From Deltaproteobacteria bacterium (GTDB lineage Bacteria; Desulfobacterota; Syntrophia; Syntrophales; UBA2210): a stretch of DNA of 64,000 bases. The stretch's first letter is position 1, and every line of letters begins with the position of its first letter. Where the stretch lies: contig JAFGBH010000096.1 of assembly GCA_016933215.1 (NCBI GenBank), positions 17,788 to 81,787 of the forward strand. The letters are read 5' to 3'. Shown here one piece after another: positions 37,001-46,892 of this stretch. The notes under the pieces were generated by a model that was not told the DNA's origin, searched no databases, and worked only from the letters and a program-made list of their open reading frames with translations. The position numbers and the translations under genes are program-made.

Positions 37001-37733
37001 AGGTCTGTTATCCTTGAGACGAGATCATAAGCCATATTATCTTAAAAAATTAGACCTGAAATTCCGGGGTTGGTATGTGAGGCACTTCCTTGAACCCCAT
37101 TTTACCTATCTGGGCAGGGGTTATGTCTTCATGAAGCCCTGGCATGTGGAGCTCTTTGGCGAACCCATCGTACTTGGAGATTATGCAACCGTTATCACCA
37201 CACCCGATCACAAGGTAAGACTGACAATATGGTCGGACAGTAAGGAAAGCGGGGGAATACAAATTGGCAATTATTGTCTCCTCTGTCCCGGGGTACGAAT
37301 ACAATCGGCATCGGGAATAACAATCGGTGACAACTGCATGATGGCAAGCAGTGCATACATTACCGATTCAGACTGGCACGCAGTGTACGACAGGGCCGAT
37401 CCCGTGGGGAAATCAGCACCGATCAGGATAGGAAACAATGTGTGGATAGGAGACGGTGCCATTGTATGCAAAGGAGTCACTATTGGTGATAACAGTGTAA
37501 TCGGTGCCAGGGCCGTCGTCGTGAGAGACATACCGCCAAACTCAATAGCAGCGGGAAACCCTGCAGAAGTGGTCAATGATATCGACACCGAAAAACCGAT
37601 GAGAACCAGGGCCGACTGGTTTTCCGAACCAAGGCTCTCATATCGTTTTAAAAAACTGGACAGAGTCATGCTTGAAGGCAATACCCTCCTGGGATGGTTG
37701 CGCTCCCTTCTCTTTCCGGTCAAAGGAGATTAG
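36909..37733 (+). CDS. Hexapeptide-repeat (LbH) acetyltransferase
   Basis: It has the hexapeptide run IGNNVWIGDGAIVCKGVTIGDNSVIGARAVVV. The start is uncertain: ATG 36909 implies a 92-nt overlap with the upstream gene, and TTG 37013 is an alternative. Confidence 0.75.
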   Translation: MHDSLNRDWTQRNGIDCSAGKIQSSLLKEREGLLSLRRDHKPYYLKKLDLKFRGWYVRHFLEPHFTYLGRGYVFMKPWHVELFGEPIVLGDYATVITTPDHKVRLTIWSDSKESGGIQIGNYCLLCPGVRIQSASGITIGDNCMMASSAYITDSDWHAVYDRADPVGKSAPIRIGNNVWIGDGAIVCKGVTIGDNSVIGARAVVVRDIPPNSIAAGNPAEVVNDIDTEKPMRTRADWFSEPRLSYRFKKLDRVMLEGNTLLGWLRSLLFPVKGD

Positions 37734-37748
37734 GAGACCGCTCTAACT

Positions 37749-39347
37749 ATGAAAATTGTGCTCGTTGCACCACCCTACCCTCTCGAAGAAATCCCCTCGC
37801 CGCCACTCGGAATATGTTACGCCGCTGCGGCATGCGAGGCAGCGGGGGCAGAAGTCGTCATCCTTGATTATATCGTACGCAAATACACACCCGAAAAGCT
37901 TATGACAGAACTCGACGCGTTAAAACCCGACGCCATCGGTACGTCCTCGGTAACGATGAACTTTACCGCCGCAGCCGACATCATGCGAACTGCAAAGAAC
38001 TTCAACCCCTCGATTATAACCATGATGGGAGGACCCCACGTTTCCTTCGATGTCGAAAGCACCCTCACCACCTACCCGGAAATAGACCTCATCGTTATCG
38101 GTGAGGGAGAGGAAACCCTGAAGGAACTTGTACCGTCAATCCGCGACAGGAGTTTATGGAAAGAGATAAAAGGAATAGCCTTTCATGAAAAGGGAGAAAT
38201 TGTCTTCACTGAGCCGCGGGAGCTTATACAGGACCTCGATACACTACCCATTCCGGCGAGGCATCTCCTCCCCATGTCCCGGTATCTGGCCCTCGGATTT
38301 CCCGTGAGCGTCATCACAAGCCGGGGATGTCCGAACCGATGCATATTCTGCCAGGGGAGAAGGATGGTGGGATACAAGGTCCGTCACAGGACACCGGAAC
38401 TTGTCGTCGATGAAATCGAGGATATCCTCTCCTATGGCTGGACCAGGATAAACATAGCCGACGACATATTTACGGCAAACAAAAAGAGGGTGCTCGAGTT
38501 CTGTAATGAGATAAAGAAACGCAACATATCATTTACCTGGAGTGCCTTCGCCAGGGTAAATACGGTGAACAGGGAAATCCTCCAAGCAATGAAGGAAGTG
38601 GGCTGTGACAGTGTAAGCTTCGGTATCGAATCGGGAAACCCAGAAATGCTGAAGAGGATAAAAAAGGGTATCACCCTGGATCAGGCGAGAAAGGCAACGA
38701 AATACTGCAAGGATGCCGGAATGATAGCCCACGCTTCCTTCATGGTAGGCCTCCCGGGGGAATCGAGAGAAACCATGAATGACTCGCGAGACTTCGCAGA
38801 AGAACTCGACATTCTTTACGGATACCACTTTCTTGCACCCTTCCCCGGAACCACGGTGAGAGAAAGAATCGAGGATTATGATCTTGAGATCCTCACCAAT
38901 GACTGGAACCTCTATGACGCCAACAGCCCCATCGTCAGGACCTCACAGCTGGCACCCGAAGATATGGAAAATTTCGTTTCAGACGTCACCGTAATGTACC
39001 AGGATGAATGGAGGAAAACCGAAAAAAAATATCATGAGGGAACGTGCTCACCGGAAGACCACATAAAGATCGAGGGATTTTACAGAACAGAGATTATCTT
39101 TCGTCTGCTCTCCCAAGACCTGATAGAGACAATTATCACCCCGGAAGATGAAGAAGATCCCGCCGGCAAACTGTGCGATAAGCTCTCGGAGATAATGGCA
39201 GACATTGGATGTAACGGACTGGTGAAACGGACAATCATGAGCCTTCTGGATGCAAAATACATAAAGTCGAAAATAAGTGACGGCACCATTTCATGGTACT
39301 GGACCCACAACAATCGCCTTGACGAGCTACCAGTCTCTCATCCCTGA
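37749..39347 (+). CDS. B12-binding-domain radical SAM protein (class B)
   Basis: 532 aa. The N-terminal cobalamin-binding-like region is KIVLVAPPYPL...PLGICYAAAA and the radical SAM cluster is SRGCPNRCIFCQG. Confidence 0.85.
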   Translation: MKIVLVAPPYPLEEIPSPPLGICYAAAACEAAGAEVVILDYIVRKYTPEKLMTELDALKPDAIGTSSVTMNFTAAADIMRTAKNFNPSIITMMGGPHVSFDVESTLTTYPEIDLIVIGEGEETLKELVPSIRDRSLWKEIKGIAFHEKGEIVFTEPRELIQDLDTLPIPARHLLPMSRYLALGFPVSVITSRGCPNRCIFCQGRRMVGYKVRHRTPELVVDEIEDILSYGWTRINIADDIFTANKKRVLEFCNEIKKRNISFTWSAFARVNTVNREILQAMKEVGCDSVSFGIESGNPEMLKRIKKGITLDQARKATKYCKDAGMIAHASFMVGLPGESRETMNDSRDFAEELDILYGYHFLAPFPGTTVRERIEDYDLEILTNDWNLYDANSPIVRTSQLAPEDMENFVSDVTVMYQDEWRKTEKKYHEGTCSPEDHIKIEGFYRTEIIFRLLSQDLIETIITPEDEEDPAGKLCDKLSEIMADIGCNGLVKRTIMSLLDAKYIKSKISDGTISWYWTHNNRLDELPVSHP

Positions 39348-39986
39348 TATTTCTTCGGGGACCCTTCCCTTCTCCAGCCTTTGCAACACCCCGAGTGTTT
39401 TCATCATGGGAAGTTCGGCAAACAACCCCGATGCGAGCGCCTTTTTATAGATGAAGTAGGGGGCCTGACCGCCCATATTGGGATCGGGAAAAATATCATG
39501 TATGGCAAGAAAACCGCCGGGGATTACATAAGGGGCCCAGGAGGTATAATCGGCAAAGGCCGATTCATAGGTATGACTTCCATCGATAAAAACGAGAGAA
39601 AGCGGCATGGACCAGGATCTGGCAACCACCTGCGATGATGAAACGATGGGAACAACCGTCTCTTCGAGCGAGGCATCTTCGATTGCCTTTCTGAACAACC
39701 TGAAGGTGTCAATCTTTCCCGCCTCGCGGTCGAAAAGATCGGGATCAAAATATTCCTCGCCGGGTTGCTGCTCTTCGGAGCCTCTGTGATGATCTATCGA
39801 GAAGAGTATTTCTGCGTTCTCCCTGCAGCCGATACCCAGATAGAGCGTCGATTTACCGCAGTAACCACCGATCTCGAGACAGGGTCCCAGGGTACTCGCC
39901 TCTTTCGCAAGTTCATAAAGCCTTTTACCTTCATCCCCATCGAGAAAACCCCTGACGGACATCGATTCTATATCTTCAATCTTCAT
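39327..39986 (-). CDS. Class I SAM-dependent methyltransferase (Methyltransf_24 / O-methyltransferase-like)
   Basis: 219 aa with LEIGGYCGKSTLYLG and FIDGSHTYESAFADY. It overlaps the rSAM gene convergently by 21 nt. Confidence 0.7.
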   Translation of the reverse strand: MKIEDIESMSVRGFLDGDEGKRLYELAKEASTLGPCLEIGGYCGKSTLYLGIGCRENAEILFSIDHHRGSEEQQPGEEYFDPDLFDREAGKIDTFRLFRKAIEDASLEETVVPIVSSSQVVARSWSMPLSLVFIDGSHTYESAFADYTSWAPYVIPGGFLAIHDIFPDPNMGGQAPYFIYKKALASGLFAELPMMKTLGVLQRLEKGRVPEEISGMRDW

Positions 39987-40009
39987 ATACTTATTTCCTT
40001 CTCAGACTT

Positions 40010-40474
40010 TTATAAGACCGGATCTCCTTCGACTTTTCTCAACTGCCAGGTCCCATGAACGATGCTGCATATCTCGCCAGTTTCGTCCTTCAATTCGAGG
40101 TCCATGGAATAGTCCGCCTTTCCATTTTTCTCGGCCATGGCTCTGATTTCTTCAACCCTCTCGGGGCTCAGAGAAACCTCGAGCGTGACGGCCGATGCAG
40201 CCGGGCGCCTGTACCGTATTGATACTTCTTTAACGATTGGAAAATATTTCGTAATATCAAAAGATACCGCGAACATGACGCCCCCTGAAAACTCTGCCAG
40301 GGTAAAGAGAGAGCCGGCATACATGGTGCCGATATGGTTGAGATTCGGTTCCAGAGGCAACGACAGTTTCGTATAGCGATCACGCAGTTCAACGATCCTG
40401 ATTCCCATCTTTTCAATAATCTTCACGGCCGTTTCCAGATATCCTACGATGTCTTTATATTTCTCGTCAATCAT
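40010..40474 (-). CDS. Hotdog-fold thioesterase (YiiD C-terminal / DUF4442-like)
   Basis: 154 aa. The segment LNHIGTMYAGSLFTLAEFSGGVMF is typical of the PaaI/YiiD_C hotdog family. Confidence 0.65.
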   Translation of the reverse strand: MIDEKYKDIVGYLETAVKIIEKMGIRIVELRDRYTKLSLPLEPNLNHIGTMYAGSLFTLAEFSGGVMFAVSFDITKYFPIVKEVSIRYRRPAASAVTLEVSLSPERVEEIRAMAEKNGKADYSMDLELKDETGEICSIVHGTWQLRKVEGDPVL

Positions 40475-40494
40475 GCATACCCCCCCGTTTGTGG

Positions 40495-41268
40495 TTATAA
40501 TCTCGCCGCCATTACCGCCGCACCTATCGCACCATTTACCTGCGCAGATTCAAGCACTTCGATTGACATTTTAAGCCTGTTTTCCAGCGCCTTCACCACA
40601 CCCATATTCTTTGCCACCCCGCCGGTCATCATAAGGGGCTCACCAACGCCAATCCTCTTGGCCAGCGCCGAAATCCTCGACGCCACCGAGTCGTGTATAC
40701 CCGCGATGATGTTCTCCCTTTTTTCCCCTTTCGATATGAGGGAAATGACTTCCGACTCGGCAAATACCGTACAGATGCTGCTTATCTTTGACGGTCTTTC
40801 GGACTTCAGCGATTTTGCCCCGAAATCGCCCAGATCCACCTCGAGCGCCCGTGCCATGACCTCAAGAAACCTCCCCGTCCCGGCGGCACATTTGTCGTTC
40901 ATGGCAAAATCCCTGACCCGGCCTTCCGAATCTACGACCATCGCCTTGCTGTCCTGGCCGCCCACATCAATAATCGACCGTACCTGAGGATTCAGAAAAT
41001 GGGCGCCTGTTCCGTGACAGATGATTTCGGTTATCGCTTTATCGGCGAATTTCACACTGTTTCTACCGTACCCCGTGGAGACTACCCTGTCAATGGACTG
41101 GGCATCCATACCGAGTTCTTTAAGGAGTTCATCGAGGACCCTCCGCCCCGCCTGCTCGGCATTGTAACCGGTAAAGTCCACCCTCGTGCCCTTCACCTCT
41201 CCATCGACGATAACTGCCGCCTTTGCGGTTATGGAACCTATGTCAACCCCTGCCGTAATCATAATCAC
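40495..41268 (-). CDS. 2-hydroxyacyl-CoA dehydratase activator (BcrA/BadF/HgdC-type ATPase, CoA-enzyme activase)
   Basis: 257 aa. It has the ASKHA motifs GVDIGSITAKA, DVGGQDSK and CAAGTGRFLE. Confidence 0.85.
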   Translation of the reverse strand: MIMITAGVDIGSITAKAAVIVDGEVKGTRVDFTGYNAEQAGRRVLDELLKELGMDAQSIDRVVSTGYGRNSVKFADKAITEIICHGTGAHFLNPQVRSIIDVGGQDSKAMVVDSEGRVRDFAMNDKCAAGTGRFLEVMARALEVDLGDFGAKSLKSERPSKISSICTVFAESEVISLISKGEKRENIIAGIHDSVASRISALAKRIGVGEPLMMTGGVAKNMGVVKALENRLKMSIEVLESAQVNGAIGAAVMAARL

Positions 41269-41337
41269 CCTGCCGTCAAAAGAGTATCATTTACGCTATT
41301 GCCACTCATTATCGTGCAGCACTTCTTCCCTTTGCCG

Positions 41338-42570
41338 CTATTTCTTCTGCCGTATCATCTCCATGAAGGCGTCGATTCTCGTCTCCGTCTGACTCTCGGA
41401 AAAGCTCCGCTCGTCAACCATGTGAGATTCGATGATAAGGGAGGGTATCCCCTTCTCTCTCTGCACCGCTCTCTGAATATCATACTGCCCCAGCGAGTAG
41501 GGCTTGCAGCTCCGGTTTGAATGCATCACAAAGCCGTCCACATCGTATTTGTCAACCATTTCGAGGACAATTTTTATCATCTCGTCCACACCGATATTCA
41601 GATAAATTCTGGTATATCCTTCCGCCATTGAGTCAAGGAAATTATTTTCATCCATGTATTTCAATGAGCCGCACCAGGCCGACGTATAGGTGTCCGCAAC
41701 GAGACAGGCATCGTGTGAAGCGAATTTTTCGGAAAGCCACTTGATTCGATACCAGATCGGAAGGTTGTCCCAGAGGAGCCGGTACCGCTCATTCGGTATG
41801 GCGCTTATCCCCTCGGCAACCCGCCCCCTCATCTCTTCAAGAAGATCCCGGTAAAAATCGATCGTTTCCTGAGTTCCCCTCAGCGTGACGATGAGGGCAA
41901 GAAAAAAGAAGGCATCGAAGCAGGTCATCGGAGAGGGCTTATTCATGGCCGTGTCAAGCACCTCCTGCCACAGCTGCTGCCCCTCTACAGAAAGGCGCCC
42001 CACCTCTTTTATCCTGTCGTGGTCAAACTTTTTTCCGCATACCCCTTCGAGGAAGCCTGTGTATTCATCGATCTGTTTTCTCACATATTTTTTTGCCTCA
42101 TCGGCATACTCGGTGTGACAGAAGGGTGTATCGAATATAAAAAGCGGAATATCGTAATAGCGTGCTTGAACCTCATACCACTTCAATACGGTCCCGCATA
42201 TATTGTTGCAGCAGATCAGCATGTCAGGTTTCGGGAGCCCCCCTATGGGACCGCCATCAACGAGTGAACAGCCGATATCCGATCTCGCATAGGAGCAGAT
42301 ATCACCACTGTAGCCCAACTCCTCTGCCCTTTCGCACAGTTCTCCCCCCATCTTCGAGGCACCGATCATGGCTCCGTGATTCTCAGGATAGACCGGGATG
42401 ACGTCCATGGCGATAAGGGGCTCCACCGGTCCGCCGCTGGTAATCCAGGCAACCTTTTTACCGGTCTCACCGGCAGTCTTGGCCTCTATATAGTAATTCG
42501 TCATGATATCTCTCATCTTCTTTGCCGATTTCATTTTTCTCTTTTCTTTTTCCTGAGCTTCACCAGCCAT
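41338..42570 (-). CDS. 2-hydroxyacyl-CoA dehydratase family, D-component subunit (HgdA/HadB-like)
   Basis: 410 aa. KKVAWITSGGPVEPLIAMDVIPVYPENHGA is typical of the HGD-D family. It is adjacent to the partner subunit and the activase. Confidence 0.8.
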   Translation of the reverse strand: MAGEAQEKEKRKMKSAKKMRDIMTNYYIEAKTAGETGKKVAWITSGGPVEPLIAMDVIPVYPENHGAMIGASKMGGELCERAEELGYSGDICSYARSDIGCSLVDGGPIGGLPKPDMLICCNNICGTVLKWYEVQARYYDIPLFIFDTPFCHTEYADEAKKYVRKQIDEYTGFLEGVCGKKFDHDRIKEVGRLSVEGQQLWQEVLDTAMNKPSPMTCFDAFFFLALIVTLRGTQETIDFYRDLLEEMRGRVAEGISAIPNERYRLLWDNLPIWYRIKWLSEKFASHDACLVADTYTSAWCGSLKYMDENNFLDSMAEGYTRIYLNIGVDEMIKIVLEMVDKYDVDGFVMHSNRSCKPYSLGQYDIQRAVQREKGIPSLIIESHMVDERSFSESQTETRIDAFMEMIRQKK

Positions 42571-42584
42571 AAAATCTCTCCTTA

Positions 42585-43703
42585 TTAGAGCATATGAATA
42601 AAGGTCTCAAATCTCGTCTTTAACTGCGCTTCCGACGGGAGACTGTCTTCCACCTCGAGAAGCATACTGGGAATATTCTCCCTGTCGAGAAACTCCTTCA
42701 TATAGGGGTAATCAAAATCGTGGGGATCGCAGAACTTGAGGAGGAGGAAGACGACACCTCCGGCATCATGTTTTTTCACTATTCTTACTATATTATCTCC
42801 TCTCGCGGTGTTTGACAGATGTTTTGCGGGACAGACCAGTCTTTCGGCATACCGTGCGGCGATCGATTCCACGGGATTGCCGTTCTCTTCAATGGTTCCT
42901 TCGAAATATCGGGAGCCCGTACAGAGATCATCCCAGACGACGACGCCCCCCGAATCTTCGATAATGGTATAGACATTGGGATGATCGCAGACGCTCCCCG
43001 CCAGGACAAGCCTCTTTTTTCCTTCGCTCTTCCCGGAGCGCCCCCCCTTTTTCAGCGCTTCTTTCAGCAGGGAAAGTTTTACCAGAAGATCGTCCCTCTC
43101 CATTATCATCGATGCCCGTGTGACGGCCCAGAGGTCTCTTCCACTCAGGATCCCGGGTTCTTTTGAGTGCATCTCATACAAAGCCTTGAGGGATCTCCGT
43201 ATATTGTTGTACCTCGTTATCGCTGTTTTCAGTTTATCATCGGTGATTGTGACGCCGAGGCCCCTTTCGAGATCGAGCCGGAACTTTTTCAGGATATCGG
43301 CGAAATATTCCCTTGAACTCTCGGTGTTGAGCTTGACCGGGAGAACCACATCGGCAAAAAACCCGAAGTTCGTATTCAGACGCCATATATCTGAAAGCCT
43401 CTGGATAGAATCGCAGGTATGGGGGAATACCGTCCCATCAAGAAAATCCAGCCTCCCTTCCAGCGCCTCTTCCAGCGCCCCCCTGACAAGCGAGCAGCAA
43501 TAGGGCTGCAGATGGGAATCGGCCAGCGTGATATCGCCTCCCGTCCCGAAAAGCCTTATCGGGTGCACACCCGACGCTGATATAATCTCCTCGGGTGTAT
43601 AGGAGCAGAAGTATCCTATTATTCTTTTACCGCTCTTCTTCAGTTCCCTTGAATACTCGTAGGGATTCTCCGCCACTCGATAAAAATCATTGAGGACTTC
43701 CAT
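42585..43703 (-). CDS. 2-hydroxyacyl-CoA dehydratase family, D-component subunit (HgdB/HadC-like)
   Basis: 372 aa. It has RIIGYFCSYTPEEIISASGVHPIRLFG and conserved Cys residues (QPYCCSLVR). Confidence 0.8.
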   Translation of the reverse strand: MEVLNDFYRVAENPYEYSRELKKSGKRIIGYFCSYTPEEIISASGVHPIRLFGTGGDITLADSHLQPYCCSLVRGALEEALEGRLDFLDGTVFPHTCDSIQRLSDIWRLNTNFGFFADVVLPVKLNTESSREYFADILKKFRLDLERGLGVTITDDKLKTAITRYNNIRRSLKALYEMHSKEPGILSGRDLWAVTRASMIMERDDLLVKLSLLKEALKKGGRSGKSEGKKRLVLAGSVCDHPNVYTIIEDSGGVVVWDDLCTGSRYFEGTIEENGNPVESIAARYAERLVCPAKHLSNTARGDNIVRIVKKHDAGGVVFLLLKFCDPHDFDYPYMKEFLDRENIPSMLLEVEDSLPSEAQLKTRFETFIHML

Positions 43704-43880
43704 AGCTTCTCCTTATCACATTTGAAAAAAGACAAACCGAACACCACATTTGAAAAGATATATACCCCCCGGGTAAAATCGACAGATCATTGAACAGGGA
43801 GCACATACCATTTACATGTCGAATTTTTCAATGAAAAAAAGATTTACACATGGTAATAAAAACGAGGGGGGAACGGTATC

Positions 43881-45599
43881 ATGTACGAGAAAAAACCCTG
43901 GTTGAAATTCTACGGTGATGTTCCTGTATCTATCGATTATCCCCGCATCAGCATGCATGAATCCCTCATGCGGTCAGTGGAAAAAAATCCCGATTCCATT
44001 GCCTATGATTTTATAGGGACCAGATCTTCCTACAGAAAATTTGCCGAAGATATAGAACGGCTGGCGAATGCCCTTTCACACCTCGGACTCGGAAAGGGTG
44101 ACTGCATCACCATAGCAATGCCGACCACCCCGCAGGGTATTATATGCTTCTATGCAGCAAACAGGCTCGGCGCCGTCGCGAGCATGATACCCCCGGAATC
44201 GACGGCCGAAGAAATCAGGTTTTACCTGAATATAAGCAAAAGCAACTTTGCACTGATCCTTGATGTTACCTACCCTTCTTTCAGGAAGATAATGGGCGAT
44301 ACGAACCTGGAAGTCATTATAGTGACAAACGTAGGAGATTGTCTGCCCGGAGCAAAAAGGATCGGCTATTATATGACGAAAGGGAGGAAATTTTCCCCTT
44401 TGCCGAAGGGTTCACACGTGAGGTGGTGGAAGGAGCTTATGAAAAAAAGGTATCCCCCGGCACCGGAGGAAAATGGTAATGCCGATGATCTTGCTGTGAT
44501 ACTCTTCAGCGGGGGGACAACGGGAACTCCCAAGGGAGTTATGCTCTCCAATCTGAATTTCATCAGCGAAGGCATGCAGGCCGCCGCCTGGGGAAACTTC
44601 TCATCTGAAGATTCGATCCTTACCTCGCTTCCCCTCTTTCATGGGTTCGGTCTCGGTGTCTGCGTCAATGCCATCTTCATGGGCGGGGGCGCCTGCATCA
44701 TGACACCCACCTCGAAACCGGAGAGCATAGCAAGCCTGATCAGAGAAAAGAAGCCGACCTTCATTGTCGGCGTCCCCACGTTGTACGAATCTCTGAGCCG
44801 CAGCAGGAACTTTCAGGGTGCAGATCTCCGTCATCTCAAAGCTGCCTTCAGCGGTGCCGATACGCTCCCGAGACGGGTAAAGGAGGATTTCGAGGAAAGG
44901 GTCCGAACCTGCGGAGGAAACATAAGGCTTCTCGAAGGGTATGGCCTCACGGAGGCGGTCACCGCCATTATGGCAACACCACTCACGGAATACAGGGAGG
45001 GAAGTATCGGGATACCTTACCCGGACATGCTTGCAAAGATCGTGAAAAAAGGCACGACGAAAGAGGCACCCGTCGGCGAGGATGGCGAGCTTTGCATTCA
45101 CGGACCTCCCGTAATGCTCGGGTATCTTGGCGAGCCCGAAGCAACGGCACAAACCCTTAGAAAACACGCCGACGGCAGGACATGGCTCCATACCGGTGAT
45201 ATTGTGAGCATGGATGAGGATGGCTTCTTCTATTATAAGCTGCGCCTCAAGAGGATGATCAAATCCTCCGGAATGATCGTGTATCCGGGCCAGGTCGAAG
45301 CGGTACTTCTGAATCATCCAAACGTTGAAGCAGCCTGCGTCATAGGAATACCAGACCAACATCAGGGAGAGCGGGTCAAGGGATTTGTTGTCCTGAAAGA
45401 GCCTCCCGAGGCGGGAAAAAAGATGGAAGAGATTCTCATAGATCACTGCCGGAAAAGTCTGATACGGTGGAGTTGCCCCTCTGAAGTGGAGTTCCGAAAA
45501 GATCTCCCCCTGACACCGGCAGGAAAGATTGCCTTTCGTGAACTCGAGGAAGAAGAAATCGAAAAACCGAGACTTGAGGAAAGATCAGGAAAGAAATAA
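43881..45599 (+). CDS. AMP-dependent acyl-CoA synthetase/ligase
   Basis: 572 aa with the AMP-binding motif ILFSGGTTGTPKGV and the GYGLTE and TGD motifs. Confidence 0.85.
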   Translation: MYEKKPWLKFYGDVPVSIDYPRISMHESLMRSVEKNPDSIAYDFIGTRSSYRKFAEDIERLANALSHLGLGKGDCITIAMPTTPQGIICFYAANRLGAVASMIPPESTAEEIRFYLNISKSNFALILDVTYPSFRKIMGDTNLEVIIVTNVGDCLPGAKRIGYYMTKGRKFSPLPKGSHVRWWKELMKKRYPPAPEENGNADDLAVILFSGGTTGTPKGVMLSNLNFISEGMQAAAWGNFSSEDSILTSLPLFHGFGLGVCVNAIFMGGGACIMTPTSKPESIASLIREKKPTFIVGVPTLYESLSRSRNFQGADLRHLKAAFSGADTLPRRVKEDFEERVRTCGGNIRLLEGYGLTEAVTAIMATPLTEYREGSIGIPYPDMLAKIVKKGTTKEAPVGEDGELCIHGPPVMLGYLGEPEATAQTLRKHADGRTWLHTGDIVSMDEDGFFYYKLRLKRMIKSSGMIVYPGQVEAVLLNHPNVEAACVIGIPDQHQGERVKGFVVLKEPPEAGKKMEEILIDHCRKSLIRWSCPSEVEFRKDLPLTPAGKIAFRELEEEEIEKPRLEERSGKK

Positions 45600-45643
45600 A
45601 AAAATAAAGAACGGATATTCTACCGGAAAAAAAATCATTTCGC

Positions 45644-45673
45644 TTGACATACAAATCTTCTTATTTTTATAGT
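45644..45673 (+). promoter_or_regulatory. Candidate sigma70 promoter of the ABC transporter operon (TTGACA-N18-TATAGT)
   Basis: TTGACA is at 45644-45649 and TATAGT at 45668-45673, about 120 nt upstream of the livM-like start. Confidence 0.4.
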
Positions 45674-45792
45674 AGCGTCGATGTGTATTTCTCCTATGAG
45701 CCGATCCAACTTCAACTACTATATTATTATTCCCATGTTGCATATTTTCTGCATCATTTTTTTGATAAGGACTCTGAAAATGAGGTATTCCT

Positions 45793-46863
45793 ATGGATAT
45801 GAAGCGTGAGTACTACGAGGACATTGAGCTCTTCTCGAGCGGTGTAGTTCTTTTCTGGTCGGCGGCATTTCTCGTTTTTCTCTTCACCTTACCCCTCTGG
45901 GCGGAAAGCTATTACATCTATCTCCTCAATCTTATCATGGTCCATGTAATACTCGCCGTCGGACTCAATATTCTCGTAGGCTACACCGGCCAGATATCCC
46001 TTGGACACGCGGGCTTTTTTGCCATCGGGGCTTATGCTACGGTCTTTCTCATATCTTATTTTCATGTTCCCTTCCTCATTGCACTGCCTGCTGCAGGTCT
46101 GATCGCCGCTTTTTTCGGATTCCTTCTCGGACTCCCCGCGCTGAGGCTGGAAGGTCCCTATCTTGCAATCGCGACCCTCGGTTTCGGCCTCGCCATCATG
46201 CATATCATCGGAAGATGGGACATCTTCGGGGGACGTATGGGTCTGCATGCCCCGGCACTGGACTTGGGAATCCCGAAAGCAGGGCTCAGCATTATCCTGG
46301 ATTCGGATATCAAGATGTACTACCTGATACTCGTTATTACCATCCTTATGGTGGTGGGAGCTATTAACCTCATGAAGACGAGAATCGGAAGGGCCTTTGT
46401 TGCCATACGCGACAGCGACATTGCAGCTGAGGTCATGGGGGTAAATCTCACCATCTACAAGACCCTTGCCTTTGCGGTAAGCGCCTTTTATGCTGGGATT
46501 GCCGGCGGCCTCTTCGGATTCGTTCTCGGATTCTTCGACCCCTTCACCTTCAATCTCATCCTCTCGATAATCTTTCTGGTAATGGTCGTTGTGGGAGGCC
46601 TGGGCTCAATACTGGGCCCGATTATGGGGGCAACACTGATTACCTACCTCCAATATGACCTCCTCAAAAACATCTCCGAAGCCCCTTATGTTGGCGATCT
46701 CCTCGTTGCATTTTCCAGAAGATGGCTTACCGTTGTGGGTCTGGAAAATTTCGGAAGTATCGTGCTCGGTCTCATCATGATAACGATCATCATTTTTGAG
46801 CCGCTCGGCATGTTCGGAATCTGGATACGGATAAAGAAGTACTGGAAGGCATGGCCTTTCTGA
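45793..46863 (+). CDS. livM: Branched-chain amino acid-type ABC transporter permease (LivM family)
   Basis: 356-aa polytopic protein with NILVGYTGQISLGHAGFFAIGAY. Confidence 0.85.
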   Translation: MDMKREYYEDIELFSSGVVLFWSAAFLVFLFTLPLWAESYYIYLLNLIMVHVILAVGLNILVGYTGQISLGHAGFFAIGAYATVFLISYFHVPFLIALPAAGLIAAFFGFLLGLPALRLEGPYLAIATLGFGLAIMHIIGRWDIFGGRMGLHAPALDLGIPKAGLSIILDSDIKMYYLILVITILMVVGAINLMKTRIGRAFVAIRDSDIAAEVMGVNLTIYKTLAFAVSAFYAGIAGGLFGFVLGFFDPFTFNLILSIIFLVMVVVGGLGSILGPIMGATLITYLQYDLLKNISEAPYVGDLLVAFSRRWLTVVGLENFGSIVLGLIMITIIIFEPLGMFGIWIRIKKYWKAWPF

Positions 46864-46892
46864 TCGAAATATAAAAATAAGGTGGGAACAAT

